Assembly: GCA_965215185.1 (NCBI GenBank) | Contig: OZ244034.1 | Location: 2,208,001-2,272,000, forward strand | Direction of reading: 5' to 3' | DNA from: Acidimicrobiia bacterium | GTDB lineage: Bacteria > Actinomycetota > Acidimicrobiia > Spongiisociales > ZC4RG35 | DNA: 64,000 nt | Shown: piece by piece, positions 19,059 through 27,788 of the stretch | How the letters are laid out: each line of letters begins with the position of its first letter | Numbering within the stretch: the stretch's first letter is position 1 | The notes under the pieces: generated by a model | Database searches by the model: none | Told to the model about the DNA's origin: nothing | Seen by the model: the letters and a program-made list of their open reading frames with translations, nothing else | Position numbers and translations under genes: made by a program

Positions 19059-19080
19059 CGCAGGTGAGCGGGCGTGCTGT

Positions 19081-19326
19081 TTAGGGTGGCGCCCGGGGTG
19101 AATCGTTTGACGTGGAGTGTGGTTCGCTCGGAGGCGTGTCCGATGGTTCGGTCTCGAGAATGGGTTTGGGGCGTTGCGGTTGGGTTCTGCGGAAGCGGCT
19201 GGCTTCTGCGAGGTTGTGCGCTATGACTTTGGCGAGGGCACCTAGGGCGAAGGCCACCCGGTTGAAGACGCGGCACCACTCGACTGCGAAGTTGCCTTTC
19301 TTGCCGAGCATCGAGTTCTTGTTCTC
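19081..19326 (-). pseudogene. C-terminal transposase remnant
   Basis: ENKNSMLGKKGNFAVEWCRVF...SPRAPP* is near-identical to the end of the 20570-21890 transposase. Confidence 0.85.
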
Positions 19327-19441
19327 CCCAAGGGCGCCTCGGCCGGAGTGGAGGGTGCCTCGCTGGGAGGTGTGTCCGATGGTTCCGTCTCCGGGAATGG
19401 GGTTAGGGCGTCGCGGGCACCTTGGTCAGGGAGGTAAAGAC

Positions 19442-19738
19442 TCAGACATAGTCAGCGTGAAACACCAAGCACTCGTAGTCAGTCACATTGTTTTCATCAG
19501 CACGCAACACTATTCTCACTCGAACCCCCTCGTGAGTCGTCCCTATGCCGAAGGTGCTCCGGCTCCCAAAGAAATCGTCGTTTCTTTCGTGCTTATTGCC
19601 ATATCCGACCCTATCCAGACGGTGTTTGGGAATCCGCAGAACTTCTAAAATGTCCTCTCGAAGCACGCCCCAATCGTACGCCGAGGGCCTGATATTGATT
19701 TCTTGTTTCGATAGACGGTTCGGCCAATAGAGTGGCAC
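19442..19738 (-). CDS. Putative RelE/BrnT-like toxin (98 aa)
   Basis: Pattern IRPSA..GV..EDILEVL...IGTTHEG.RVRIV...LVFHA resembles small actinobacterial RNase toxins. Abuts the upstream ORF. Confidence 0.45.
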   Translation of the reverse strand: MPLYWPNRLSKQEINIRPSAYDWGVLREDILEVLRIPKHRLDRVGYGNKHERNDDFFGSRSTFGIGTTHEGVRVRIVLRADENNVTDYECLVFHADYV

Positions 19739-20080
19739 TCAGGCAACGCCAGCCTGAGCAGTCGGATCCAAGAGGGGAACGGCGCCATTTATAGGACCCT
19801 TGTAGTACTGGAGCAGGTGCTCCGCTATCCGCCTATGGGTCTCGGTGAGTTCGCCCCTCGCGCTCTCGGGGTATCCGCACTGGGTGATGATGTCGTCAAT
19901 AGCGACCGTGAGTAGATCGAACTCAACCACCCTATCTTCATACTGATGCGGAACCGAGTAGGTGGTGTCATAGGGACCCAGGGGTCCCTCTCGGCTTATC
20001 AGGGCGGCTTCAGCATCCAAACTGCGCAAAGCTTCGTCCCTCAGCCTGCTGCGCTCGGTTAGGTTGCTCTGATCTCTCAT
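19739..20080 (-). CDS. Hypothetical acidic protein, putative antitoxin (113 aa)
   Basis: Its stop directly abuts the GTG of the putative toxin. RBS-like GTAGGT upstream. Confidence 0.4.
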   Translation of the reverse strand: MRDQSNLTERSRLRDEALRSLDAEAALISREGPLGPYDTTYSVPHQYEDRVVEFDLLTVAIDDIITQCGYPESARGELTETHRRIAEHLLQYYKGPINGAVPLLDPTAQAGVA

Positions 20081-20280
20081 CTACCTACGGGATCCATATA
20101 TGCCCTTGCAGTATAAGGACGATTCGGCGTTGCCGAGGTGACAGTTGAGCAGGTTGCCGCGGAATGCGCGAGGCTTTTCGGACGATCTCGGCCTAAAGGT
20201 TGATGGCAAACGACTCGGCCCCCTACCCATGAACCCGCACCTCTGGTGGACTCTCAAGAATGTGGAGCACCACCCCTTTG

Positions 20281-20344
20281 AAATGTGGAGCCCCTTTAGA
20301 ACGCCTTACTGAGGTGCAGGTCAGAGGTGGTGCCTAACACCCCA
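20281..20344. repeat. 64-bp element right end, copy 1
   Basis: AAATGTGGAGCCC...GAAC...GCAGGTCA...TGGT..CTAACACCCCA, aligning without gaps to 22961-23024 and 26269-26332. Confidence 0.9.
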
Positions 20345-20347
20345 CCA

Positions 20348-20815
20348 TGGGCTGTTAGTGACTTAGTGCCTTCCGCGTTAGGGACTTAGCGGCGGCCGCG
20401 CCGTTTTTCCCCGTTTTTCCCTGTTTTTGGGGGTTTATGACCGTTTCGGAGGGCATTGAGGCTGGTCGGGAGCCGTGTTGTGGTTGCCCGGTGTCAGAGC
20501 TTGGTTTTTCGGGCGCGGTAAAACCGACAGTAGGGGTTTACTGTCGGCGCAGGTGAGCGGGTGTGCTGTTTAGGGTGGCGCCCGGGGTGAATCGTTCGAC
20601 GTGGAGTGTGGTTCGCTCGGGGGCGTGTCCGTCGGTTCGGTTTCGGGAATGGGTTTGGGGCGTTGCTTTTGGGTTTTACTGAAGCGGCTAGCTTCTGCGA
20701 GGTTGTGCGCTATGACTTTGGCGAGGGCACCTAGGGCGAAGGCCATTTGGTTGAAGACGCGGCACCACTCGACTGCGAAGTTGCCTTTCTTGCCGAGCAT
20801 CGAGTTCTTGTTCTC
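20348..20815. repeat. 468-bp left arm, copy 2
   Basis: Direct repeat of 18859-19326. Confidence 0.92.
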
Positions 20816-21890
20816 GCTGTTGTTGCGGCGGCCCTTGTAGCTCGCGTTCCACGCGGGGGTGCCCGCGGGGATGCGTTGGTAGCTGTCGAGTTTTTCGACT
20901 GGGACGGTTACTAGACCTTCACAGCAGTATTCGTCGTCGATGGCGAGGTACGGAACCGGGTTCTTGCTGGGGATTAGGTTGGTGTTGCGGGTCTTGGCGG
21001 AGGTTTTGACTCGTCCTGCACATTGGGGGCAGATGAGTTGCACAGCGCCGTCCTTGAGGTACCGGTGGACTGTCCACCGCCAGGGAGACCGGTCGACGCA
21101 CCACTCTTCGAATGCCTCGCCGGTAAGGTCCGGCGACGGCACCAGGAGTTCCTCGGGTAGCCATGTTGAGAAGAACGACCCCAGATGGCGCATGAGTTGC
21201 TGTCTGTCGTTCCTTCCGACGTTTACAGGGACAGGCCTTTCGATTTCGCCGGGGTTGTAGTCCATAACCACGTCCATGCCCTGCTTGTGGAGTTCTCGAC
21301 AGAAGGTCTTTCGTTTGTTGGTGTAGGCGCGGTCGGCGATTACCTCCTTGATCCCAGGAGCGATGTCCAATGCCCTGTCAACGAGATCCAGTCCAACAAG
21401 TCCGGGATTGGTGGCCCCTGGGACCACGGCCATGGCGAGGATGAACCTGGGTGGTGCCTTTTGGAAGGCGAGCTTACGGGGGTCGCCTGCCCACTTCGCA
21501 CTAGGAACCGCTGTAAGGAGATTCAGGTCGTATCCGAGCACAATGCGGGCTTTTTCTCTGTTTGTGGCGGTCTTGTATGTGAGACGGGCATAAGGATCAT
21601 GGCTACGGATCATCCTCTTGTCGGGACCGAAAGTGCCGATCTCATAGGTGAAGGGACCAGTCACGGTCGGGAGTTCCGGTTCGGCAAGATCGGCCTTGTC
21701 GCGTGCTGCACGCTCGTGCTCGGCCAGAGCGTCCTTTTCCTTCACAAAGATCTTGGACACCCCCCAAGATTCGAGGACCTTGGCATCTATAGAACAGGCG
21801 GTGATCATTCTCCGGAATCTCCTGGGAACGGTTGCCTTCACAAAGGTGTGGCAGATCCAGTCCAGATCGAAGATGGCTTCTATCTCTTCG
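20570..21890 (-). pseudogene. DDE transposase (IS4-superfamily-like), N-terminally truncated
   Basis: IDAK (D1), GYDLNL, VIADRAYT (D2), CPQC, YKGRRNNSENKNSMLGK (YREK-like, E) and C-terminal RAPP. The 5' end is replaced by an out-of-frame paralog fragment. Confidence 0.75.
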
Positions 21891-21988
21891 GCCGGCGGCC
21901 CTTGTAGCTTTTTCTCCACGCGGGCGTGCCCGCGGGGATGCGTTGCCAGCTGTCGAGTTTGTCGACCGGGACGGTTACCAGGCCGCGG

Positions 21989-22527
21989 TCAGTAGACGAC
22001 CATAGGCGGCCATCCCTTGACGACCTTTTCAAAAGCGAAACGGCCCACTAGGCGTTTTGGGAACACAACCAGAGTCCTGTCTCTTTCCTCGAAGTTCTCG
22101 ATGTCTTGAGCAGCGGACCGCGAAAGAATTGCTTCAAATCCATCACCGTATACCTCTTCTCCCAATCTTTGGCACCGTCTCTTGTCGCTTACTATCAAGT
22201 CCTGTCTGGATATGCCCAGACTCTCGGATGTTTTGAGGGAGGTCAGATCTAACACGCGGGATAGAAGAACCTGGCCTTCGTGAACATCCAAGGCAGGGAT
22301 GGGGATAGCGATGCCCTGGCTTCTGGCTTCGCGTCTCGCATTGTCTAGGTATCTGTGGTGCTCAGCGTATACACAGGCCAGAGAAGAGCAGAGGTATACA
22401 GCGTAGGTGCCAGGAAAGTTGAACCTCCCCCGTGCTCCCAAGCACCCGTACCGTCGTGGGGATCATATTCAACGCTACAAAACCGCCACACCGCACCTTC
22501 ATAAGGCACGGCACGTTCCAACCCCAA
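21989..22527 (-). pseudogene. RES-domain (NAD+ phosphorylase) toxin, frameshifted
   Basis: VWRF..DGTGAWEHG/GRFN...AVYL....VYAE...VLDLT...CQRLG...FEAIL.RSA...LVVF. Split at the 5-C run 22427-22431. Confidence 0.8.
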
Positions 22528-22535
22528 GTAACTCC

Positions 22536-22829
22536 TTAGGCCAAGGGGGGATTGCCGCTCAGGAGAAGATAGCTCCTGGCCGCCTCATAGTCACGGTTCT
22601 TGAGATGCGCTATCAGTGGAACGCCGTCTGATGAAGGAGGAGCCCCCTGCCAAGGGACATGTCGCTCGTGGGGGTGGTACATTCTGATAACCGTATTGAG
22701 AACCGACCTGAGTTCCTCAAAGTCGACTAGCGACATCTTGGGTGGGCGAGTCACACCACTGGGACCCTTTTCAAGCATATCGGACACTAAGCGATCAACG
22801 TCCACCTGTGCCTCTCTCGCTAGCGTCAT
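22536..22829 (-). CDS. Putative Xre/MbcA/ParS-type antitoxin
   Basis: C-terminal W..APP..DGVPLIAHL...DYEAAR pattern, immediately upstream of the RES toxin. Confidence 0.6.
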   Translation of the reverse strand: MTLAREAQVDVDRLVSDMLEKGPSGVTRPPKMSLVDFEELRSVLNTVIRMYHPHERHVPWQGAPPSSDGVPLIAHLKNRDYEAARSYLLLSGNPPLA

Positions 22830-22960
22830 GGCCTTGACGATAGCCCACCCGCCATGAATGACGGTAGGGAAAATGCGTTCAGCCTTGGCCCCTTTCCACC
22901 TTGAGGATCGCTCAAGCCAGGGGCGAGGTACCCCTAAGCCCTGCCTGGCGGAGCGTTCTC

Positions 22961-23024
22961 AAATGTGGAGCCCCCCGTGAACCTTGCGCTAAAGCGCAGG
23001 TCACGGATGGTCGCTAATGTACCA
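22961..23024. repeat. 64-bp element right end, copy 2 (diverged)
   Basis: AAATGTGGAGCCC...GCAGGTCA...CTAATGTACCA followed by CGA. Confidence 0.8.
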
Positions 23025-23161
23025 CGACGAATACTCCATACGCGCGTTCCTGAGCACGCCTGAGAGAAAGCGCTTTCGAAACCATAAGGGGCTGGAAGGC
23101 ACGAGTTCAAAGCACTAGAACTAAGGGATAACGACTTGAACCGAAAGATTATGATATCTCG

Positions 23162-25745
23162 ATGAACGGGACTGAGATTGGTGGACGAACCTTGGAGCGT
23201 GAAACCTCGAATCTCGATGCACTTCGAAGCTCGCTGGAACTTCCTTGTGGTGCCCTCCTAAAAAATCGACTCGCCAAGTCCGCGATGTCGGATTCGCTTG
23301 GAAACGGTGAAGGTGATCCCACCGAGGCTCAGATTCGACTATACGAAAGATGGGCGGAAGGCGGAGCAGCAGTTTCGATCATTGGTGAAGTTCAAGGTGA
23401 TCCTCGCTATCCGGAGAAACCTGGAAATCTGGGCCCTTCGCGAATTCGTGGGATTGTGGTCTGGCTGGTTGGTGGTGGGGTTCATGTTAGGAGGAGTCCT
23501 CGGGCGGCGTAGTTTTGGGGGTTTGTGAAGCCGTGGGCGGTTCTGCGGAGGGTTTGGATTAGGTTGTTGGTGCCTTCGAGGGGTCCGTTGGAACGGCGGC
23601 TGTGGTGCCAGTTGAGGATTTCGTCTGACCAGTTGAGGATGGTGTCCACGGTGTTGTGGTACTCGGGAATCTGGCCGGTTTCGTAGAGGTCGGCGAAGCG
23701 TTGGAGAGCGTCGAGGGCGCCTTGGAGGTCGTCGGCCTGATAGAGGCTGTAGAGCTCTTGTAGAGCGTCCCAGGCGACCCGAAGACGCGGATGGGCGGCG
23801 AATAGCCGGTCGAGGCGTTTCCGGTCCGAGGCGGTAAGGTGGTCGTGTCTTTTCAGGAGAGCGAACCGGGCGCGGAACAGGTCCGGTTCGAAGGCGGGTT
23901 TCACACCGGGCGGTTGGCGGCGTTGCAGTTCTCTGCGTACCAGGGTCAGTCCTTGGGCGAACCATCGGACGGCGTGGAAGCGGTCCAGGACGTGACGGGC
24001 TCCGGGAAGATAGCGATGGACGGCTGCGCGAACCGTCGGTGACCACAGTCTTCACGTTCGACACCATCGGGGTCCTTGCTCAATGAAAAACCTGCTCAGA
24101 GCAGCTTTGGACCGTCCTTCGATCATGTCCAACATCTCTCCGGTGTCACCGCTTGGGGATCACGGTCACATACCGATGCCGTTTGCGGATCGATGTCTCA
24201 TCAATCAACAACACCCGACAGGACTGTTTGCGACGATGATCTCCGACCAGCCCGGACCAGTCACAGAGCAGTCCCATGACCAGATGCCACCCCACCCCAT
24301 GATGTCGGGACACCGCACTGATCGGCATCACCTGAGCGTCCCGGACCAGCCGCCGGGCCAGCCGCCGGGTAATACTGCCTTCGAACTGGGGATGGTTTTC
24401 CATGTGCCGTTTCCCACAAGCACCGCACACGAACCGCCGCTGGGTCCATAACAACACCGTCGAGCGGCCGCCGTGCTCCAGATCGCGGATCTCCCGCCGG
24501 CGACGGTCATGCACCTGCTGGCAAGAAAGCCCACAAAACGGACACGATGACAACTTCCTGACAGAAACCACCCCCACCACCAACTCTGCGGGGGTGTCCA
24601 CCACCACACCGGTCACACGAACACCACGCAGGTGCAACCGCACCCTCATAACATCGAAACTCATTGAGGCCTCCTGGATAGGCAATGCTTACACCACCAA
24701 TTCCAGCGAGGCCTCAACCCCTATCCAACGACCCCCTCCCTACCCGAATCCCAACATATCGCGAAGCCTCGAAATCCGAAATCTGGTGTTCGGACCGCAT
24801 ACCGATCACCAGGCTATAGAGTCATTGGTCAGCCGTGCCGTGATTGAGGACGCTCATCTATGGCCGCAACTCGGTCACGCCGGTGCTCTTTCGCACCTGC
24901 CGATTAGTCAGCCGAAGGGGCCCTCTGCGCTGAATATCGAAGGTCTTCAATGTGTAGGTATGTCAGTTGAAGACATCCAGAAACTACCTGACATGTATGC
25001 AAGAACCGCAGCATACGCACAGAACATAGGATTTAGCGGCGTTCAAGTTCACGCTGGACACGGATTCCTGCTCAGTCAATTTCTATCTCCATTGTTCAAC
25101 CGCCGGGACGATAGCTACGGTGGTTCGATCGAAGCACGATGCCGGATAGTGCTCAAAGTGATCGATGAAGTACGGCGCGCCGTTGGTCCGTTGTTTCCCG
25201 TCGGGATCAAGATCAACTCGACGGACAAACTGGAAGGTGGATTGACAGAGGATGATGCTTTGGAGGTGGTTCGCCTTCTCGACCAAACCTCGGTCGATCT
25301 AATTGACATTAGTGGCGGGACCTATTTCCCCGGGGCGAAGGCAAGCTCCGACGGGTCATCGGATGGCGAACCATACTTTCTCAAATTTGCCCGACGCGCG
25401 AAAGGGGTAACCGATGTGCCGCTAATGCTGACAGGAGGCTTTAAAAGGCGTGAGCAGGCGGTGGATGCAGTGGTTAGTGGTGCTGTCGACATGGTGAGTT
25501 TAGCGCGTGCAATGGTTCTGAAGCCGCGGCTAGCAGAGGTCTGGTTGACCGAGGAAGGTGGCGATCCTGAGTTTCCGACATTCGACTCCCCACCTTGGGG
25601 TGGGGTAACGGCCTGGTATACGATGCGAATAACGGCACTGGCAAAGGATAGGGAGAAAACATTCACGCTGGACCCTCAGTCCGCCTTGCGTATTTATGAA
25701 GAACGTGATGCGCAACGTTGCATTAAGTGGCGAGAGAAGTTTTAG
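23162..25745 (+). pseudogene. NADH:flavin oxidoreductase (Old Yellow Enzyme family) interrupted by ISL3
   Basis: LKNRLAKSAMSD...PEKPGNL (to 23431) resumes as VFGPH...WPQLGHAG, VHAGHGFLLSQFLSP, YGGSIEAR and IDISGG after 24785. Confidence 0.88.
23432..24777 (-). mobile_element. ISL3-family insertion sequence, transposase fragmented
   Basis: 8-bp TSD GAAATCTG (23424-23431, 24778-24785). Left end GGCCCTTCGCGA. ORF pieces with CPFC..VHD, IDETS and SNGPLEGTNN..R.AHGF. Confidence 0.88.
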
Positions 25746-25832
25746 CGTCTACCAGAATCGGTCTGAAGATCATAACTCGGAGGGCAGATAGGCTCTATGT
25801 AAGCCCGCTGTCAAATATGGGCTTCACCCCTT

Positions 25833-25991
25833 CTGAAGGCCCGACTCGTGGGCGACACCATCGTGGCTGTGGGATCAAGTGAGGTGGTGTTCAGCGACTA
25901 CGGAGTGACCACCCCGACATCGGCCAGTGTCGTCTCGGTTGAGGACCCCGGCACCATGGAGTTTCTGCTCTACTTCACCCGCAGACCATAA
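25833..25991 (+). pseudogene. C-terminal fragment of YceI-family protein
   Basis: Manual translation LKARLVGDTIVAVGSSEVVFSDYGVTTPTSASVVSVEDPGTMEFLLYFTRRP*, with no start. Confidence 0.55.
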
Positions 25992-26268
25992 GCCGTTGAC
26001 ACCGCCAGAAGTTCTCATGGATACGATCTACGCCTTAGCGATAGGCGAACGGGAAGTTCTGTTGATGGGAAACATCACCCGCATTGGAGTGAAGACGTTC
26101 TGCGGTCACTATATCGACGCTCTAGAACCCTTTCCGCCACACCTTCCGCCCTACAGCGGGCGGGGATCCGGTGGTCGATCCGCCTAGCAGCTCCATAAGC
26201 AGAGCCAAAGTCGGTGTCATAGGCCGTGGAGCCGATAGGGGTGCGCTATTGGTCTGCCAATGGCGCTC

Positions 26269-26332
26269 AAATGTGGAGCCCTCCCAGAACACCCTGCTAA
26301 GGCGCAGGTCAGAGGTGGTGGCTAACACCCCA
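26269..26332. repeat. 64-bp element right end, copy 3
   Basis: AAATGTGGAGCCC...GCAGGTCAGAGGTGGTGGCTAACACCCCA followed by CCA. Confidence 0.9.
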
Positions 26333-26449
26333 CCAACCCAAACCACAGTGCAGATACCTTACAGAAGGCCCTGCGGTCGGCGCGAGGCTGGTAGTCAATG
26401 TGGTTGTCCATAACGCTAGTTTGACTATCTCGCCTTCAAAGGACAGGAG

Positions 26450-26770
26450 ATGATGATGGAGACAAGGAATTTCGGCAAGCACACCACGTGCGGCTCCGTT
26501 GCATTTAACGGCTGGAACGCAATCGGTGTGGCCGCGGCAGGCGGTGTGAACGCTTTCGGCTTGGCCGCCTTGAGTTTTCTGAACGCAATGGGACTCGTCT
26601 CAGTAGGTGTCGTCAATTCGATCGGTCTGGTGGCGGTAGGCGGCGTCAACGCCATCGGTCTGGTTGCGATAGGGGGTTTCAACTCCGTGGGCATTGTTGC
26701 AATAGGGGAAAACGCCACCGGTGTGATCGCCATGGGCGGGAACACCACCGGTCTTCTAACCGCTCCGTAA
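26450..26770 (+). CDS. Small Gly/Ala/Val-rich protein with ~11-aa repeats
   Basis: AGGAG RBS; N(A/S)(I/F/M/V)G(L/V/I)(A/V)(A/S)xGGx repeated about 7 times. Confidence 0.65.
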   Translation: MMMETRNFGKHTTCGSVAFNGWNAIGVAAAGGVNAFGLAALSFLNAMGLVSVGVVNSIGLVAVGGVNAIGLVAIGGFNSVGIVAIGENATGVIAMGGNTTGLLTAP

Positions 26771-26925
26771 CCGATAAGCCAAAGTCGCCCCAACCACTGC
26801 GGCTGGCTACCCACGAGGAGTAGCTGGGATTCAAACCCCAGGTGAATAACGGGATTTCGGAGCGCCGGACAGCCCCGTCTTGCCGTGCCCCGTGTACGAG
26901 AACCGAGAGTTCTGTTTGGGGGCTT

Positions 26926-27609
26926 TTAGAAGGGCAGGCCCACCCCGGTGGTCAGAAACCTCACATAAGGCACTGCCTGCTGGCAGAGATCAGTGAAGTC
27001 CTCCAAGAAACCCGGAGAGACCGCGTCGTCCTCGTCCAAATCGACCCATGCGATGTGGTCCTTGCGTTTGAGGTCTTCGACATAGGGGTGGTCCGCATCA
27101 AAACCCTTGGGTGGGCGTTTCAGCGAGTCCCCACCGATCGAGAACCCACCCAAAAGGACGGGGTCCTTTGCGGCCTTCTCCCATGCGCCGGGGTCCGAAA
27201 CAATAGCGTTGCGGATCTTGGTCAAAGCCGGCGTGTCAGGCCACCAGATTCCCACCCCCGCCCCCACCTCTCCAGGCGCCAGATGAAGGTAGAAGCCCGG
27301 AGCATGAGCCGTTTTGCCGGCCTCATGGCGAAAATGTGCGGCGGCCTGAGTCTTGTAAGGACTCTTGTCCTTTGAAAAACGGACATCCCGATAGATGCGA
27401 AACATCGAACCGCCATTAGCACGCGCATCGGCAACGAAGTGTGAGCTGATGGAAGAGAGCAACGGTCGGAAGTCCTCAATAAAGCCAAGCAACGGCTCCT
27501 TGACGTCCCGCTCATATCGATCTTTGTTGGCTTGAAACCATTCTCGGCTGTTGTTCGCCCGCAACTCGAGCAGAAACTCGAAAATTCGCGGAGTGAAATG
27601 CGCCCGCAT
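26926..27609 (-). CDS. DUF2461 (TIGR02453) family protein
   Basis: LRANNSREWF..NK..YE, SMFRIYRDVRFSKDKSPYKT, PGFYLH and LKRPPKGF. Confidence 0.9.
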   Translation of the reverse strand: MRAHFTPRIFEFLLELRANNSREWFQANKDRYERDVKEPLLGFIEDFRPLLSSISSHFVADARANGGSMFRIYRDVRFSKDKSPYKTQAAAHFRHEAGKTAHAPGFYLHLAPGEVGAGVGIWWPDTPALTKIRNAIVSDPGAWEKAAKDPVLLGGFSIGGDSLKRPPKGFDADHPYVEDLKRKDHIAWVDLDEDDAVSPGFLEDFTDLCQQAVPYVRFLTTGVGLPF

Positions 27610-27788
27610 TGTCGCCGCTCCTTGGTGATCAGATTTTGATGAACTGTCACACTTTAACACCTCGACGGGAGAGCAACAGCGCTGCCCCACTGCATGCTCT
27701 GGCCTCTTGTGCCTCTTTTCTCAAACGAGCGAGACATCAACCGCAAGTGCGGTGGACCCACAACCCCCATAACCTAGAAAGCGAGAGA

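Larger units (their letters stand above)
18859..19326. repeat. 468-bp left arm, copy 1 (direct repeat of 20348-20815)
   Basis: Co-linear and same length; both hold 222 nt of non-coding DNA plus the transposase 3' end. Confidence 0.92.
18859..20344 (-). mobile_element. tRNA-3'-end element A (non-autonomous DDE transposon derivative with TA-like cargo)
   Basis: Ends TGGCCTGTTAG (18859-18869) and CTAACACCCCA (20334-20344), flanked by CCA at 18856-18858 and 20345-20347. Carries a transposase 3' remnant. Confidence 0.75.
20348..26332 (-). mobile_element. tRNA-3'-end element B (composite, with internal degenerate right end at 22961-23024)
   Basis: Left TIR TGGGCTGTTAG (20348-20358), right TIR CTAACACCCCA (26322-26332), then CCA (26333-26335). 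Confidence 0.7.

Noticed and set aside
21891-21919. MEKKLQGPPA as the true transposase N-terminus
   Set aside because: It derives from an out-of-frame paralog fragment.
19112-21984. Diversity-generating retroelement TR/VR pairs from the diverged internal repeats
   Set aside because: Mismatches are not adenine-specific and no reverse transcriptase is present.
24402-24777. N-terminal 125 aa of the 447-aa OYE ORF
   Set aside because: Antisense of the ISL3 transposase; the true N-terminus lies at 23162-23431.
18859-26332. CRISPR array or integron (attC) reading of the 64-bp repeats
   Set aside because: Spacing is kilobases and irregular, there is no cas or intI gene and no attC RYYYAAC/GTTRRRY boundaries, and the repeats end in transposon-like TIRs.
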